DNA of 64,000 nucleotides from Thermoplasmata archaeon (GTDB lineage: Archaea > Thermoplasmatota > DTKX01 > VGTL01). The stretch is from contig JAWCLH010000013.1 of the NCBI GenBank assembly GCA_038851035.1, positions 10,970-74,969 on the forward strand. The letters are read 5' to 3'. Below are positions 62,735 to 64,000 of this stretch, piece after piece. Both the position numbers and the translations under genes were made by a program. The notes under the pieces are model-generated. The model did not search any database, was not told the DNA's origin, and was given only the letters and a program-made list of their open reading frames with translations. How positions within the stretch are numbered: position 1 is the stretch's first letter; every line of letters begins with the position of its first letter.

Positions 62735-63651
62735 TAGCCCCCTCCCCCGCCCCTGACGTGCTCCGCCGCCCTTATGCCCGCGACGCAGCCCTCGCCCACG
62801 GCCTTCGCCATCTGCCAAGGCGGGCCAGTTACGTCGCCCGCGGCGAATACTCCCCGGGCGGCGGTGGCCTGGTTCCTATCCACAGCCACGTTCCCATTCT
62901 CGTCGAGCGAGATGCCCAGCGAGGCCCCGAGTTCCATGACCCCGCGCGCCCCTTTCTCTATGAAGACGCCATCGGTCTCGAGCCTGCTGCCGTCCGAGAG
63001 TGAAACGGCCTCAACGGCGTCCCTACCCAGAATCTCCCGGACCTTTCTCCCCGTCATAACAGCTACGCGCGCCTCACCGAGCTGCCTCACCAGCTCCGGA
63101 GCGACCTCGAGCCTCTCGGCCACCAGATTGACTGTTGAGGCAAAGCGCGCCAGGTGCAGCGCCGCGCCCGCGGCCGCGCTCCCCTCCCCGACCACAACCA
63201 CCCTCTTCTTTTTGAAAAACCCGGCGTCGCAGTCGGCGCAGTAGCTGACCCCCCTGCCCTCCAGCTCCCTCTCCCCTGGCACCCCGAGCCTCTTCCTCGC
63301 GGCGCCCGTGGCCAACACCACTGCCCCAGCCCCCAGCGTTTTGCCCGACTCTAGTCTCGCTAGGAAGCCCTCTCTCGAGGTCTCCAGTGCCATCACGTCC
63401 TCCGCAATGTGCCGCGCGCCGAAGCCGGTCGCCTGAGCGAGCCCGATTTTAAGAAGCTCCTCGCCGCTCCTCTTGCCCGGAAGGAAGGCGTAGTTCTCTA
63501 TGTGGCCCTTCGCGAGCGCGCTCCCGGATGGCCTTCCAGTTATCACCACCGAGACCCCCCGGCGCGATGCATGGATGGCCGCCTGGATGCCGGCGGGCCC
63601 CGCGCCTACGATGAGGACTTCGCAGCGCTCGTCCATCGAGTTCCCCAACAC
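62734..63651 (-). CDS. trxB: thioredoxin-disulfide reductase (FAD/NAD(P)-dependent, CxxC)
   Basis: FAD motif VLIVGAGPAGIQAA, redox-active CADCDA (CxxC), NAD(P) motif VVVVGEGSAAAGAALHLA, C-terminal GDV...A; ~305 aa. Confidence 0.85.
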   Translation of the reverse strand: MLGNSMDERCEVLIVGAGPAGIQAAIHASRRGVSVVITGRPSGSALAKGHIENYAFLPGKRSGEELLKIGLAQATGFGARHIAEDVMALETSREGFLARLESGKTLGAGAVVLATGAARKRLGVPGERELEGRGVSYCADCDAGFFKKKRVVVVGEGSAAAGAALHLARFASTVNLVAERLEVAPELVRQLGEARVAVMTGRKVREILGRDAVEAVSLSDGSRLETDGVFIEKGARGVMELGASLGISLDENGNVAVDRNQATAARGVFAAGDVTGPPWQMAKAVGEGCVAGIRAAEHVRGGGGG

Positions 63652-63655
63652 CGAT

Positions 63656-64000
63656 TCACCTCATTTTATTTTCGCTCGCGAAGGGTCCCGCGTCAGGGCG
63701 ACCACCCTGCTGTCGGGCCTCTCGCCTAGTGTGACGTAGCCGGGAAGGAGTGCCTCCAGCCGCCGGGCGAAGAGACGGACTCTTTCCTGCGAGGGCATGT
63801 TGGATAGGCTGAGCCTGCTCCTCGAGTCCCCGACGAATACATAGCCCTTCGCCTCGATAAAGAGAGGCTCGGCAGCCGCGTCTAGCGCGGCGTAGTCCTC
63901 CTCCCGCCCCAGATTCCAGCCTTCGACCAGGGTGTGGCGGATAACGGTTCTTGTGTCCAGGGATGGAAGCAGCTCCAGCGTCTCTCTGAGCCTCTGCCAC
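63656..64000 (-). CDS. 3' part of an unidentified ORF running off the window edge
   Basis: Open minus-strand frame to the window end; composition is Arg/Gly-rich and could be a GC artefact; no recognisable motifs. Confidence 0.2.
   Translation of the reverse strand: MAEAQRDAGAASIPGHKNRYPPHPGRRLESGAGGGLRRARRGCRASLYRGEGLCIRRGLEEQAQPIQHALAGKSPSLRPAAGGTPSRLRHTRREARQQGGRPDAGPFASENKMR

Overview
This is a GC-rich (roughly 65% GC) archaeal chromosomal segment. The archaeal assignment rests on a split rpoA'/rpoA'' with rpoH and L30e, an archaeal-type 16S rRNA and an intron-bearing tRNA. The core content is a minus-strand RNA polymerase cluster (rpoH, unsplit rpoB, rpoA', rpoA'', L30e), an inverted NusA-like gene, a stand-alone 16S rRNA gene with no 23S nearby, tRNA-Ser(GCT) and a tRNA with a ~100-nt insertion, an MscS channel and trxB. 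The rest of the window is accessory. The main feature is a ~22.5-kb, six-gene minus-strand operon (8124..30583). It holds three tandem paralogous giant proteins of 2187, 1924 and 2430 aa. Each begins with an archaeal type-IV-pilin class III signal peptide (RG|A/VSEV(I/L)GDILLV...), has a central von Willebrand factor A domain with an intact MIDAS motif, and carries multiple CARDB-like and MAM-like beta-sandwich domains. Three paralogous ~300-aa N-terminally anchored proteins follow and look like minor pilins. Genes are joined by ATGA stop/start overlaps. The operon is divergently transcribed, across a 77-bp palindromic TATA-like promoter, from a wHTH-STAND(NB-ARC-like)-TPR regulator whose 3' end overlaps a Rab/Ras-like small GTPase gene. 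A secreted S8 subtilase, a radical SAM protein and a nucleotide-sugar/glycosyltransferase cluster lie nearby. The sugar cluster has WbpB/WbpE/WbpD-like enzymes, an epimerase and GT4/GT2 transferases, and is plausibly used to glycosylate the sequon-rich giant proteins. Upstream is a tightly coupled minus-strand operon: Lrp, TrkA_N-DHH phosphoesterase, TraB, site-2 protease, a beta-propeller surface protein, formiminotransferase and a coiled-coil protein. No CRISPR array, transposase or integrase was seen. Many long ORFs in the six-frame track are antisense artefacts of the high GC content.
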